From assembly GCA_963753345.1 (NCBI GenBank), contig CAVWBU010000035.1, forward strand, positions 128,001 through 192,000: a DNA stretch of 64,000 bases, in the 5' to 3' direction. Positions 20,777 to 29,322 of this stretch are shown here, in pieces. Under the pieces are notes generated by a model, which searched no databases, had not been told where the DNA came from, and saw nothing but the letters and a program-made list of their open reading frames with translations. The translations under genes were made by a program, and so were the position numbers. The stretch's first letter is position 1; each line of letters starts with the position of its first letter. The DNA is from an uncultured Fibrobacterota bacterium (GTDB taxonomy: Bacteria; Fibrobacterota; Chitinivibrionia; Chitinivibrionales; FEN-1185).

Positions 20777-21191
20777 GGAGGGGGAAGTATCCCCCTGGGG
20801 TCCAGCCAGCCGGCGCAATTTAGCGACACATCATGATGTGCCATTTTTTTTCGGCCGCCGGTTGTCTGGACCCACACCCCCTCCTGGGTGGCCCCCAAGA
20901 GAGTTGGTCGGCAAGATGGTAACTTCTGACGCGGGGGCACGGAGAAAGAGAGCTGGAAGTTGACAGTTGAAAGTTGAAGGCTGGCGCGAGAAATAACAAT
21001 TGACTGAATACATTTCTTATGCCGTGCGTTAGGGGCGACTGGAGGTCCCGCCAAAGCGGGATGCCGCCCGGACCCGGCCCTGCGGGCCATAGGGCCGTGG
21101 CGGCCCGAGGCCTACGGCCGACGACCCTTGGAAGCACCCGAAGGGGTGGACCGGAAGGAGAACCGACCCCGCGAAGCGGGGGAACGCCCAA
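20777..21191 (+). repeat. Dispersed structured element, copy 4 (full length)
   Basis: GGGGGAAGTATCCCCC start, AGTTGA linker, TTGACTGAATA, GCGTTAGG ... GGGAACGCCCAA. Confidence 0.9.
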
Positions 21192-21204
21192 CTCTTACTC
21201 CTTA

Positions 21205-22367
21205 CTAAGGAACAAGCACCTTCCTGCACGCAACAATATCATTCCCTTTAAGCAATTGCGCAACGTAGAAACCGGCCGGCGCGCGACCCGCCGGGCCCGT
21301 GTACTTCCAGGTGAAGTTCGTGCCCGAACCGAGCTTGGCCACGCAATGGCCTTGAGCGTCGAGAATCCGCAATTCTCCAGGCTCCGGAAACGAGAAGGCG
21401 ATTGAACCGGGCAGTGCGGTCACGCGAAAAAGCTGGCTGGGCGATGATGTGACGCTTTGCCGCACGCCAAGAATCGGGTCGAAGCTGCCTGTTAAGGTGG
21501 CCTTGCCCTGTCCGCCCGAGAACGAGATAGTGTCGCCCACGGCAATGGTCGGCGCGGAGACGGTGGTGGAGAGCGTGATCAGCAATTTTACATAATTCGG
21601 GTTCCACACCGCGCTGCCGATGGTGCCGAAACCGCTGAGCCATGTGTGGCCGTTTGACAAGGGGAAAATCGAATCCACGTTGAGTGCGGTCACGGTAACA
21701 TTGTTGACCGCCTTGTCGAACGTGAGCAGCACGTAATCGTCGTTGTCGATACCCGCCTGCTGGATTGCATTGTCGCTCGCGACCGCGGAAATAAGGGTGG
21801 GAGGATTCGCCACATGGACCTGGAAAGACAAGGTCGTCGAACCAGGCAGTGCCGGCGTCGCCGGCGACCGCGGTACATTCCAGGTATACCTGGGCAAAGC
21901 TGCAGGAGTCCGGCGCGACCAAGGTTCGGGACAGGTTTGTCCAATCATTAGTCCCCCAAAGTTTGCCCAACGTATCGATTCTGATGAAATTGGTCGGCAC
22001 TTGATTGTTCTGACCAACCGTATCGTCGAAACCACAGAACCATGATCTGGGCAGTGGATGCCGTAATGGCATCGGTCTTTAGCCATCCGGAGACGTCATA
22101 CGAGACGCCGGGCATGACCATTACGTTCTGCCATACCGCGCGCGGGAAAGCCACGCCGGGAAGGACCATCTGCTCGCTGTGGGTTCCGGTGTGGGCGACG
22201 TTGTTGACAATTGAGCGTCCGCCGCTGGTGTTCATCTGCCACGCGGAACCCCCGTTTTCAAAACCGGGGTCGATGAGAAGGTTCTGGGCTCCGGCCGCAA
22301 GGGCGAAAAACCCGATAAACAGGAATATCGAGATACGGCAGAATGAATTGAAACGTGAGGAGATCAT
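21205..22367 (-). CDS. Secreted CBM4/9-like carbohydrate-binding protein with Ig-like and sorting domains (two frameshifts, about 21.85-22.05 kb)
   Basis: QNLLIDPGFENG, PGVSYDVSGWLKT, GTNDWT, TAWFDDL in successive frames; ILDAQG...PAGFY tail. Confidence 0.7.
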
Positions 22368-22482
22368 GACACCCCCTTGATGGAAGAAGACCGACGATGT
22401 TTTACAATGTGTAATTATTATACCATGAATGAGGCATTCGGGCAAGGTTGTTTCAAGAGGCAAATTTTGATGGAGGCGCCCA

Positions 22483-22608
22483 TTGAGAATTGTTGATTGA
22501 TGATTGCGAAATGCGGATTGAAGAGGTAAAAATCATTCCACTAAAGATGTTTTCAAATCCGCAATCCGAATTCCGCAATCTGCAATCTACATTCTACAAT
22601 CTACAATT
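22483..22608. repeat. Inverted arrays of degenerate heptamer (AATCYRC-like) tandem repeats
   Basis: GATTGCGAAATGCGGATTG ... AAATCCGCAATCCGAATTCCGCAATCTGCAATCTACATTCTACAATCTACAA. Confidence 0.7.
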
Positions 22609-22619
22609 TAAATTCTTCC

Positions 22620-23696
22620 TCACCCCGCCGCTCTATCCGCGAACTCCTCAAAAATTTCCCCGAACTTTTCATGGTTCTTCTTGAACGCATCGAAAATGAC
22701 CGGATCAAAATGCTCGGGCATAGTGCGGCCGTCGCCTTTGGTGATGATTTCGGTTGCTTTTGCGTGATCGAGCGCGGGTTTGTACGGACGCTTGCTGCGG
22801 AGAGCATCGTAGATGTCGCAGATGTTCAAGATGCGCGCCGACAGGGGAATTGCCGATCCTTTAACCCCGTGGGGGTATCCTTTGCCGTCCCAGCGCTCGT
22901 GGTGGTTCACCGCAATTTCCGCGCCCATGGTGAGGTAGGGCGACCTGCAGTTGCCGAGGATGTTGCCGCCGAGCGTGGTATGGCCCTTCATGATTTCCAT
23001 TTCCTGGGGCGTAAAGCTGCCGGGCTTGAGAAGAATATGGTCCGGAATGCCTATCTTGCCGATGTCGTGCATGGGACTTGCGAAAAAAATCCTGTCGGCA
23101 AAGTCCGCATCGCAGCCGAGCATGCCCGCAAGCTCCTTGGAGAAGAAACTCATGCGCTCAAGGTGGTCGCCGGTGTCCGTGTCCTTGTATTCGGCCGCGC
23201 GGGTCATGGCCACGATAGTCTCAAGGTAGCTCAGCTTCAGGTCGGTGGTGCGCTTGACCACTTCCTGCTCCAGGGACTCGTTGTAATTGTGCAGTTCCTT
23301 GTGCAACAGCCTCACTTCCAGCATGTTGTACACCCGCATCAGCAGTTCGTCGGGCTCAAAGGGCTTGGAGATGAAGTCCTTTGCGCCTGACTGCAGGGCG
23401 AGGATCTTTTTGTCGAGTTCGCCGGTTATCACCACCACGGGAAGGTAGCCCGCCGTCTCGACCTCCCTGAGCTTTTTCATCACGCCGAAACCGTCCATGC
23501 CCGGCATCATAAGGTCGAGCAGGATAAGGTCGTAGTTGTTTTCGGCGTGGAGCGACGCCACCGCCAGCGGCTTCCCGGAGGAGCTCACCGACGTATAGCC
23601 AGCATCGCCGAGGATGCGCTTTATCAAATCAACTTCCATTTCTTCATCGTCAACGATCAGGATCTTGCTCTTGAGGACCTCGGGTTTTTGGATCAT
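22620..23696 (-). CDS. Response regulator with HD-GYP c-di-GMP phosphodiesterase (RpfG family)
   Basis: REC domain (ILIVDDE, DLILLDLMMP); HDIGKIGIPD, HHERWDGKGYP. Confidence 0.95.
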   Translation of the reverse strand: MIQKPEVLKSKILIVDDEEMEVDLIKRILGDAGYTSVSSSGKPLAVASLHAENNYDLILLDLMMPGMDGFGVMKKLREVETAGYLPVVVITGELDKKILALQSGAKDFISKPFEPDELLMRVYNMLEVRLLHKELHNYNESLEQEVVKRTTDLKLSYLETIVAMTRAAEYKDTDTGDHLERMSFFSKELAGMLGCDADFADRIFFASPMHDIGKIGIPDHILLKPGSFTPQEMEIMKGHTTLGGNILGNCRSPYLTMGAEIAVNHHERWDGKGYPHGVKGSAIPLSARILNICDIYDALRSKRPYKPALDHAKATEIITKGDGRTMPEHFDPVIFDAFKKNHEKFGEIFEEFADRAAG

Positions 23697-23746
23697 AGGG
23701 TGTTCCTTTGTTTTTGGGTCTTTAGATTTATTCAATATGAAAAGAC

Positions 23747-24183
23747 TTGGGCGTTCCCCCGCTCCGCGGGGTCGGTCTCCCTACAGGCTCGGCCGTTCGG
23801 CCTCGTTGCCGGACCGCCCTAGTCGCCTGCGGCGAGGGTCGGCCGGCAATTCGCTTTTGCTCACCCTCCGGTCCACCTAACGCGCGGCAGAAGAAATCTA
23901 TTCAGTCAATCTACATCGTTGCGCCGTCCGGAATCCTTGGGGAGGCTAATTTTTTGACCGTCAACTCCTCAGGAGATCGCTTCGTCGCTTCGCTCCTCGC
24001 AATGACATGTTTTCTTCACACAATCCATGCTCTGAATTCCACAATCCTTCTCGGTGCCCCCGCAGCCCAAGCTTCTTTCTCGCAAATCAACTTGCTGGGG
24101 GGCTACCCACGAGGGGGTGTGCCCCGAGACCCCGCAGACCTTAGGTCGAGGAGGCTCGGGGCCAGGGGGACGCTTCCCCCACC
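23747..24183 (-). repeat. Dispersed structured element, copy 5 (full length, nested REP-like unit at 23973-24006)
   Basis: Reverse complement of the conserved boxes; contains GAGATCGCTTCGTCGCTTCGCTCCTCGCAATGAC. Confidence 0.9.
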
Positions 24184-24199
24184 AACATTTACTTATCCG

Positions 24200-26797
24200 T
24201 CACCTCTTTTTCCCGTCCAATACTTCCTTTACCGCCGAAAGCAGATCGGGAATGGAAAACGGCTTGCGCAGGAAACGGAAGTCTTTGGTTTTTATATAAT
24301 CCCAGTTTGATTTTTCGTCGGTGTAGCCGCTGCAAAACAGCACCGGCATGTTCGCGCGCTTGAGAAGCTCTTCAACCAGCCACACCCCGCTCTTGTCGGG
24401 GAGGCCCACATCGGTGAGCACCAGGTCGAATCCTCCGTTTTCCTTTTCGTACGCCGCCAGCGCATCTTTCGCGCAGGAAACGGCGAACACCGAGTAGCCG
24501 TTTGTCGAAAGGATCTCGTTCGTAAGAAAGCGGACTTCCTGATGGTCTTCCACGAGAAGGATGCGCTCGCCGTTTCCCCTGAGCGACGATAGCGGGACAG
24601 CCTCCGTGCCTTTCTGTTCGGTCTTGACGGATGAGCAAGGGAAATACACCATGAACGTGCTGCCCTTGCCGGGCTCGCTATGCACCTCGATCCATCCTTC
24701 GTGCTGCTGGACTATGCCGAGCACCACGGACAATCCGAGTCCTGTTCCTTTGCCCGCCGCCTTGGTGGTGAAAAACGGTTCGAAAATGTGTTCCTGCACC
24801 AGCTCGTCCATGCCGGTGCCGGTGTCGGCTATTGAAAGGCAGACAAAACGTCCGGGGCGGCCTGCGCTGTGTTTGCGGCAATACTCCAGATCGGTGGTCA
24901 CGTTCTCGGTTGTAATCGACAGGGTCCCGCCGCTTTGCATGGCGTCTCGTGCATTGACGGCAAGGTTCATAAGCACCTGTTCGATGCTTCCTTCGTCGCC
25001 CCGAATGGGCCACAGTTCCTTGCCGAGGCCGAGCTCGATGGCGATGTCCTCTCCGATGACGCGCTCCAGCATTTTCACCAGCGACTTTATCGCGTTGTTG
25101 AGATTGACAGGCACGAGTTCCATCGGGTGCTTCCGGCTGAAGAGAAGAAGCTGGCGCACCACGCCCGCCGCGCGAGCCGCGGCGTTGCTCACCTGCGTAA
25201 GGTCCCTGTGCAGCGGATCGGATTCGGGCACTTTCGCCATTGCCAGGGACGTATAGCCGGAAATTGCCGAAAGAAGGTTGTTGAAATCGTGGGCAACGCC
25301 TCCGGCCAGGGCGCCGATGGCCTCCATTTTCTGCGCCTGCAAAAGCTGGGACAGGAGTTTTTCCTTTTCATTTTCAAGATGTTTGCGCTCGGCGATGTCG
25401 GTGAGAAAACTCAGCGCGGCGGGCTTGCCGTTCCAATCGATAAGGACCGAGTTTATGTTCACCCATCGTGTGCTTTTGTCAACAGTCAACAGCCTGAATT
25501 CATAGCGCGACGGTACCTGCTCGCCTTTCATCCGCCTCGTATAGTTGTCGACCACCATTGCACGGTCGTCCGGAAAAATGAATTCCGAAAAAGGTTTTGA
25601 CAGGAGCTCCTGTTCCGAATAGCCCGAAAGTTCCGCGGTCTTGTGATTGACGAATCTGATCATGCCGTCCTGGGCCACTAAAATGGCTTCGTTGGCGCCG
25701 TCCACCAGGCTCCGGTATTTTTCCTCGCTTGCGCGCAATGCCTCCTCGCTGAGCTTGCGGTCGGTGATGTCGCGGAACACACCAAGAAGGTAACGGCGGC
25801 CTTCAATTTCGGCCGGGCCAGTGCTTATTTCTACGGGAATCTCTTTTCCGCTTTTGGAAAGAAGCAGATCCTGGTGGGTCCGTTCCGCGGTGGCCGCATC
25901 CGACTCGGCAAAGCCTGCGGTGAAACCGTTTTTAAGCTCCTGCGGCGGATGAAGAGCCGACTGAGGTTTTCCAATAATCTCCGACTGTTCCCTCTCCACC
26001 ATGTCGCAGAGTGCCTTGTTGCAATCGACTATGAGGCCGGTCTTTGCATCGGCAAGGGCAATGCCGTCCTTGGCGTGATCGAAAACCATGCGGTAGCGCA
26101 TCTCATTTTCACCGAGCGCAGTCTCGGCCTTCCTCCTGGCGATGGCCATGGCGGCCTGGGCTGCAAGCCCTTCAAGCACCGACGGATTGGCAATGGAGCT
26201 TTCGCCCCGGAGAAAGATGCAAAGCCCGCCCAAAATCTTTCCTTCCTTGACAAAGCCGACCACATAAAACGCGGTAACGCCGATAAGCTTTGCCAGCGGC
26301 GTCAGGATGCTCTCCGGGAACAGGTGAGCAAAGTCCTGCAGGCCGGCGCGGATTTTGTGCAGTTTTCCGGTCGACACCGCCTGTCGCGCCTCAGGCCCGA
26401 AATCGCCGCGGATTTGCATGGGGTCACGGCCGAGAATCTTTTTGATCATCCCCATGATTTTATCCAATCCCATGAGGGACTGCGGAAGAAATGTATTGGC
26501 GGTTTCATCGAATTCGCACACCGCCAGGATGGCGCCGGGCGGCGTTATCTGTTCGAGCTGTTCGCCGATGAGCTGGTACACATCCTTTTCCCGCGGCAAT
26601 TCGACAAGGTCCATTGCCGAGTGCGAAATAAAGAGCAGGTCGCGGACAAGTTGCTGCAACGTCTCCTCGCCCTGTTTGTGCTTCCCGGAATCGCGGTTGG
26701 AGGCACGCGCCTTTGCGGCATGGCGCCATGTCTTTGCTGCGGCCGCAGCACGCAGGGATTTATTCCTTCCAAGTATTCTTTTTGATTTCAATGCCAT
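24200..26797 (-). CDS. GAF/PAS/PAS hybrid sensor histidine kinase
   Basis: AGGVAHDFNNLL H-box, NLAVNARDAM, GTGLGL, C-terminal REC domain. Confidence 0.95.
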   Translation of the reverse strand: MALKSKRILGRNKSLRAAAAAKTWRHAAKARASNRDSGKHKQGEETLQQLVRDLLFISHSAMDLVELPREKDVYQLIGEQLEQITPPGAILAVCEFDETANTFLPQSLMGLDKIMGMIKKILGRDPMQIRGDFGPEARQAVSTGKLHKIRAGLQDFAHLFPESILTPLAKLIGVTAFYVVGFVKEGKILGGLCIFLRGESSIANPSVLEGLAAQAAMAIARRKAETALGENEMRYRMVFDHAKDGIALADAKTGLIVDCNKALCDMVEREQSEIIGKPQSALHPPQELKNGFTAGFAESDAATAERTHQDLLLSKSGKEIPVEISTGPAEIEGRRYLLGVFRDITDRKLSEEALRASEEKYRSLVDGANEAILVAQDGMIRFVNHKTAELSGYSEQELLSKPFSEFIFPDDRAMVVDNYTRRMKGEQVPSRYEFRLLTVDKSTRWVNINSVLIDWNGKPAALSFLTDIAERKHLENEKEKLLSQLLQAQKMEAIGALAGGVAHDFNNLLSAISGYTSLAMAKVPESDPLHRDLTQVSNAAARAAGVVRQLLLFSRKHPMELVPVNLNNAIKSLVKMLERVIGEDIAIELGLGKELWPIRGDEGSIEQVLMNLAVNARDAMQSGGTLSITTENVTTDLEYCRKHSAGRPGRFVCLSIADTGTGMDELVQEHIFEPFFTTKAAGKGTGLGLSVVLGIVQQHEGWIEVHSEPGKGSTFMVYFPCSSVKTEQKGTEAVPLSSLRGNGERILLVEDHQEVRFLTNEILSTNGYSVFAVSCAKDALAAYEKENGGFDLVLTDVGLPDKSGVWLVEELLKRANMPVLFCSGYTDEKSNWDYIKTKDFRFLRKPFSIPDLLSAVKEVLDGKKR

Positions 26798-26974
26798 GAC
26801 AATTGCTTCCGGACCAGACGACAAACGGTCAGCACGGGTACAGAACAATAACGACATGCCCATACCACAGTGTATTTGGACAGATATGCCTTGAGTATAC
26901 CACGGCTTAAGCAGTTTTACAACGAAATCGATTTTGTTCGTCAATATGGGGGGGTAAGTCTCAAAGGCTTTGTT

Positions 26975-27071
26975 GGGGGAAGTATCCCCCTGCCTGAGGC
27001 ACCCGAAGGGGTGGACCTTAAGGAGGGCCGACCCGAGCCTGAGCGCTCGCAAGGGCGAGGGGAACGCCCAA
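26975..27071 (+). repeat. Dispersed structured element, copy 6 (internally deleted, both ends fused)
   Basis: GGGGGAAGTATCCCCC joined directly to GCACCCGAAGGGGTGG...GGGAACGCCCAA. Confidence 0.85.
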
Positions 27072-27098
27072 TACATTTAGCATAGCAGGAAGAGACAC

Positions 27099-28100
27099 CT
27101 AGCGCGCAAGAAACGGCGCCAGCGCAAGGTAGGCAAGGCCGGCGAACATCGCCGACGCGGGGATGGTGAGGATCCACGCCCATACAATCTTGCGGGCAAC
27201 GATCCACCTGACGCTCGCGGCGTGCTCAACCGCCCCCACGCCCATGATGGAGCCGGCAATCACATGCGTGGTGCTTACCGGAATGCCGAAATGCGCTGTT
27301 CCGATGAGGACGAGCGCGGACGCGGAGCTCGAGCAGAACCCTTCCATTTCCCGGATCTTGGTGATGCTCGTGCCCATGGTCTTGACAATGCGCCAACCGC
27401 CGAACACGGTGCCGAGGGAAATGGCCGTATAGGCCGAAAAAACGACCCAATCCGGGATCACAAAGGACGACGTAACGCCCCCGGTGAAAAGAGCAAGCGC
27501 AATGATGCCCATGGTCTTCTGGGCATCGTTGGTGCCGTGTCCGATACTGGAGAATATCGACGCGATAAGCTGGAGCGCCTTGAACCTTCTGGCGTTTTTT
27601 GCCGGATGTGATTTCCTGAAAATCCATAATGTCAAGGTCGTGAATATGGCGGCGCCGATGCCGCCGAGTACAGGCGCAATGAAAATAAAAAGGAATATTT
27701 TCAATACGCCGCCCCATATCACGACGTTTGTTCCGACCGCCGCTATGCCGCTGCCCACAAGCCCTCCAATGAGCGCATGGCTGCTGGAGGTGGGCAGACC
27801 GATCAGCCAGGTACAGATGTCCCACAATACGGCGCCAAGGAGCGAGGCCAAAAGCAGCGGCAGCGTTACCTGGTCGAAATGGACAACGCCTTTCCCGATC
27901 ATGGTGGCAACGGCAAGACCGAACGTGAAGTATCCTATGAAGTTCGCGGCGCCGGCAAGGATCACGGCCTGCAGGGGCGTAAGGGTCTTGGAGACGACGA
28001 TGGTGGCAATCGCGTTGGCCGCATCGTGGAACCCATTGACAAAATCGAACAGGAGCGCGACGACGACGACGATTACAACAAGGGTGAATGAGGATGCCAC
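27099..28100 (-). CDS. Inorganic phosphate transporter, PiT family
   Basis: NGFHDAANAIAT, GLPTSSSHALIG, HGTNDAQK, PVSTTH. Confidence 0.95.
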   Translation of the reverse strand: MASSFTLVVIVVVVALLFDFVNGFHDAANAIATIVVSKTLTPLQAVILAGAANFIGYFTFGLAVATMIGKGVVHFDQVTLPLLLASLLGAVLWDICTWLIGLPTSSSHALIGGLVGSGIAAVGTNVVIWGGVLKIFLFIFIAPVLGGIGAAIFTTLTLWIFRKSHPAKNARRFKALQLIASIFSSIGHGTNDAQKTMGIIALALFTGGVTSSFVIPDWVVFSAYTAISLGTVFGGWRIVKTMGTSITKIREMEGFCSSSASALVLIGTAHFGIPVSTTHVIAGSIMGVGAVEHAASVRWIVARKIVWAWILTIPASAMFAGLAYLALAPFLAR

Positions 28101-28104
28101 GGGC

Positions 28105-28746
28105 CTATCCCTGCTTCACCTTGATGCCGCGTATCAGCTTGCCCACATAGTCGATGGCGTCCACCACCGATTCAAGGTGCTCGTACACTTCCTTGAATTT
28201 GATGATGTGGATGGGATCCTTCTCCTTGAACAGCTCGGCCATGCTCACATGAAACAGCTCGTCCGCCTCTATTTCGAGTTCATGCATGCGGGTTGCGACT
28301 TCCCCGATGCTTTTGTGCGTCTTGAGCTGCCGGACGGCGTTGTTCATTTCCGCCGCGATTTTCACGATGATGTCGGCGAATTTCCACACGTTGGCGGGAA
28401 CGTTGCGGATCTGGTAAATTTCGATTTTTCGTGATATGCTGTTGAGGATGTCGAGCGCGCGATCCACGTTGATCGCGAGAGTGTGGATGTCTTCCCTGTC
28501 AATGGGCGTGATGAAGGTCTTGTTGAGCTCCTCAATGATGGTCCGCTCGACCACGTCGCCGCTGGACTCGCAGTCCTTGATGACCAGCAGTTCCTTCTTG
28601 ATCGCGTCTTCGGAAAGCGTTTCAATCTTGCCCACGAGTTCCTTAAAGGTAAAGCACCCCTTTTCCAGCAATCCCACCTGCTGCTCCATGTAGGTGAAAA
28701 ACTTGGTCTCGCGTGGAAGCAGCAGGTCGAAGATGTTAAAGCCCAT
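28105..28746 (-). CDS. DUF47 (PhoU-like) PiT accessory protein
   Basis: LNKTFITPIDREDI, E.EAD, adjacent to the PiT gene. Confidence 0.9.
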   Translation of the reverse strand: MGFNIFDLLLPRETKFFTYMEQQVGLLEKGCFTFKELVGKIETLSEDAIKKELLVIKDCESSGDVVERTIIEELNKTFITPIDREDIHTLAINVDRALDILNSISRKIEIYQIRNVPANVWKFADIIVKIAAEMNNAVRQLKTHKSIGEVATRMHELEIEADELFHVSMAELFKEKDPIHIIKFKEVYEHLESVVDAIDYVGKLIRGIKVKQG

Positions 28747-28865
28747 GTGAGGTCCCTTTCAATGAAGAATTGCGGGCGGCTAAAAGCCAAGTAATATAAT
28801 AAAAAACTAATCAAAATCAAACGAAGGGCTAATAGATTATAGATAGGTAGAAAAGAGAAGAAGAG

Positions 28866-29311
28866 TTGGGCGTTCCCCGCAAATGCAGAGACGTAGCGCG
28901 CTACGTCTCTGCATTTGCGGGTCGGTCTCCCTTCGGGCTCGGCTATTCGCCTCGTTGCCGCCTGTCCCAACCGCCTTCGGCGAGGGATCAGGCGGCAATT
29001 TGCTCCTGCTCACCCTCCGGTCCACCTAACGCGCGGCAACCGGAATTCTATTCTGTCAACAACTTCTTCTCGCGCCAATCGGCAAGCCAGTAAATCAGTT
29101 ATGGTCTTTCTTTTCAACCTTTTCTCTTCTCAACTTTTTTCGCTTCAACTATTCGACGTTTTTTCTTCCCAACTACGCTCCATGGGTGCCGCCACAACAA
29201 TGCATGGTCTCGCAGCCGCTTTGTCAAGGCGGCTACCCAGGAGGGGGTAGCGCAGGACACCGCAGGCCGAAGGCCGAGGAGGCCGGAGCGAGGGGGAGAC
29301 TTCCCCCGCCC
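28866..29311 (-). repeat. Dispersed structured element, copy 7 (full length; 46-bp perfect palindrome at 28876-28921)
   Basis: Conserved boxes on the minus strand; terminal hairpin GCAGAGACGTAGCG/CGCTACGTCTCTGC. Confidence 0.9.
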
Positions 29312-29322
29312 AGGGAATCTCT

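Noticed and set aside
22472-22483. GGAGGCGCCCAT as a further element terminus next to a heptamer array
   Set aside because: Only about 9 nt match, which is too short to distinguish from chance.
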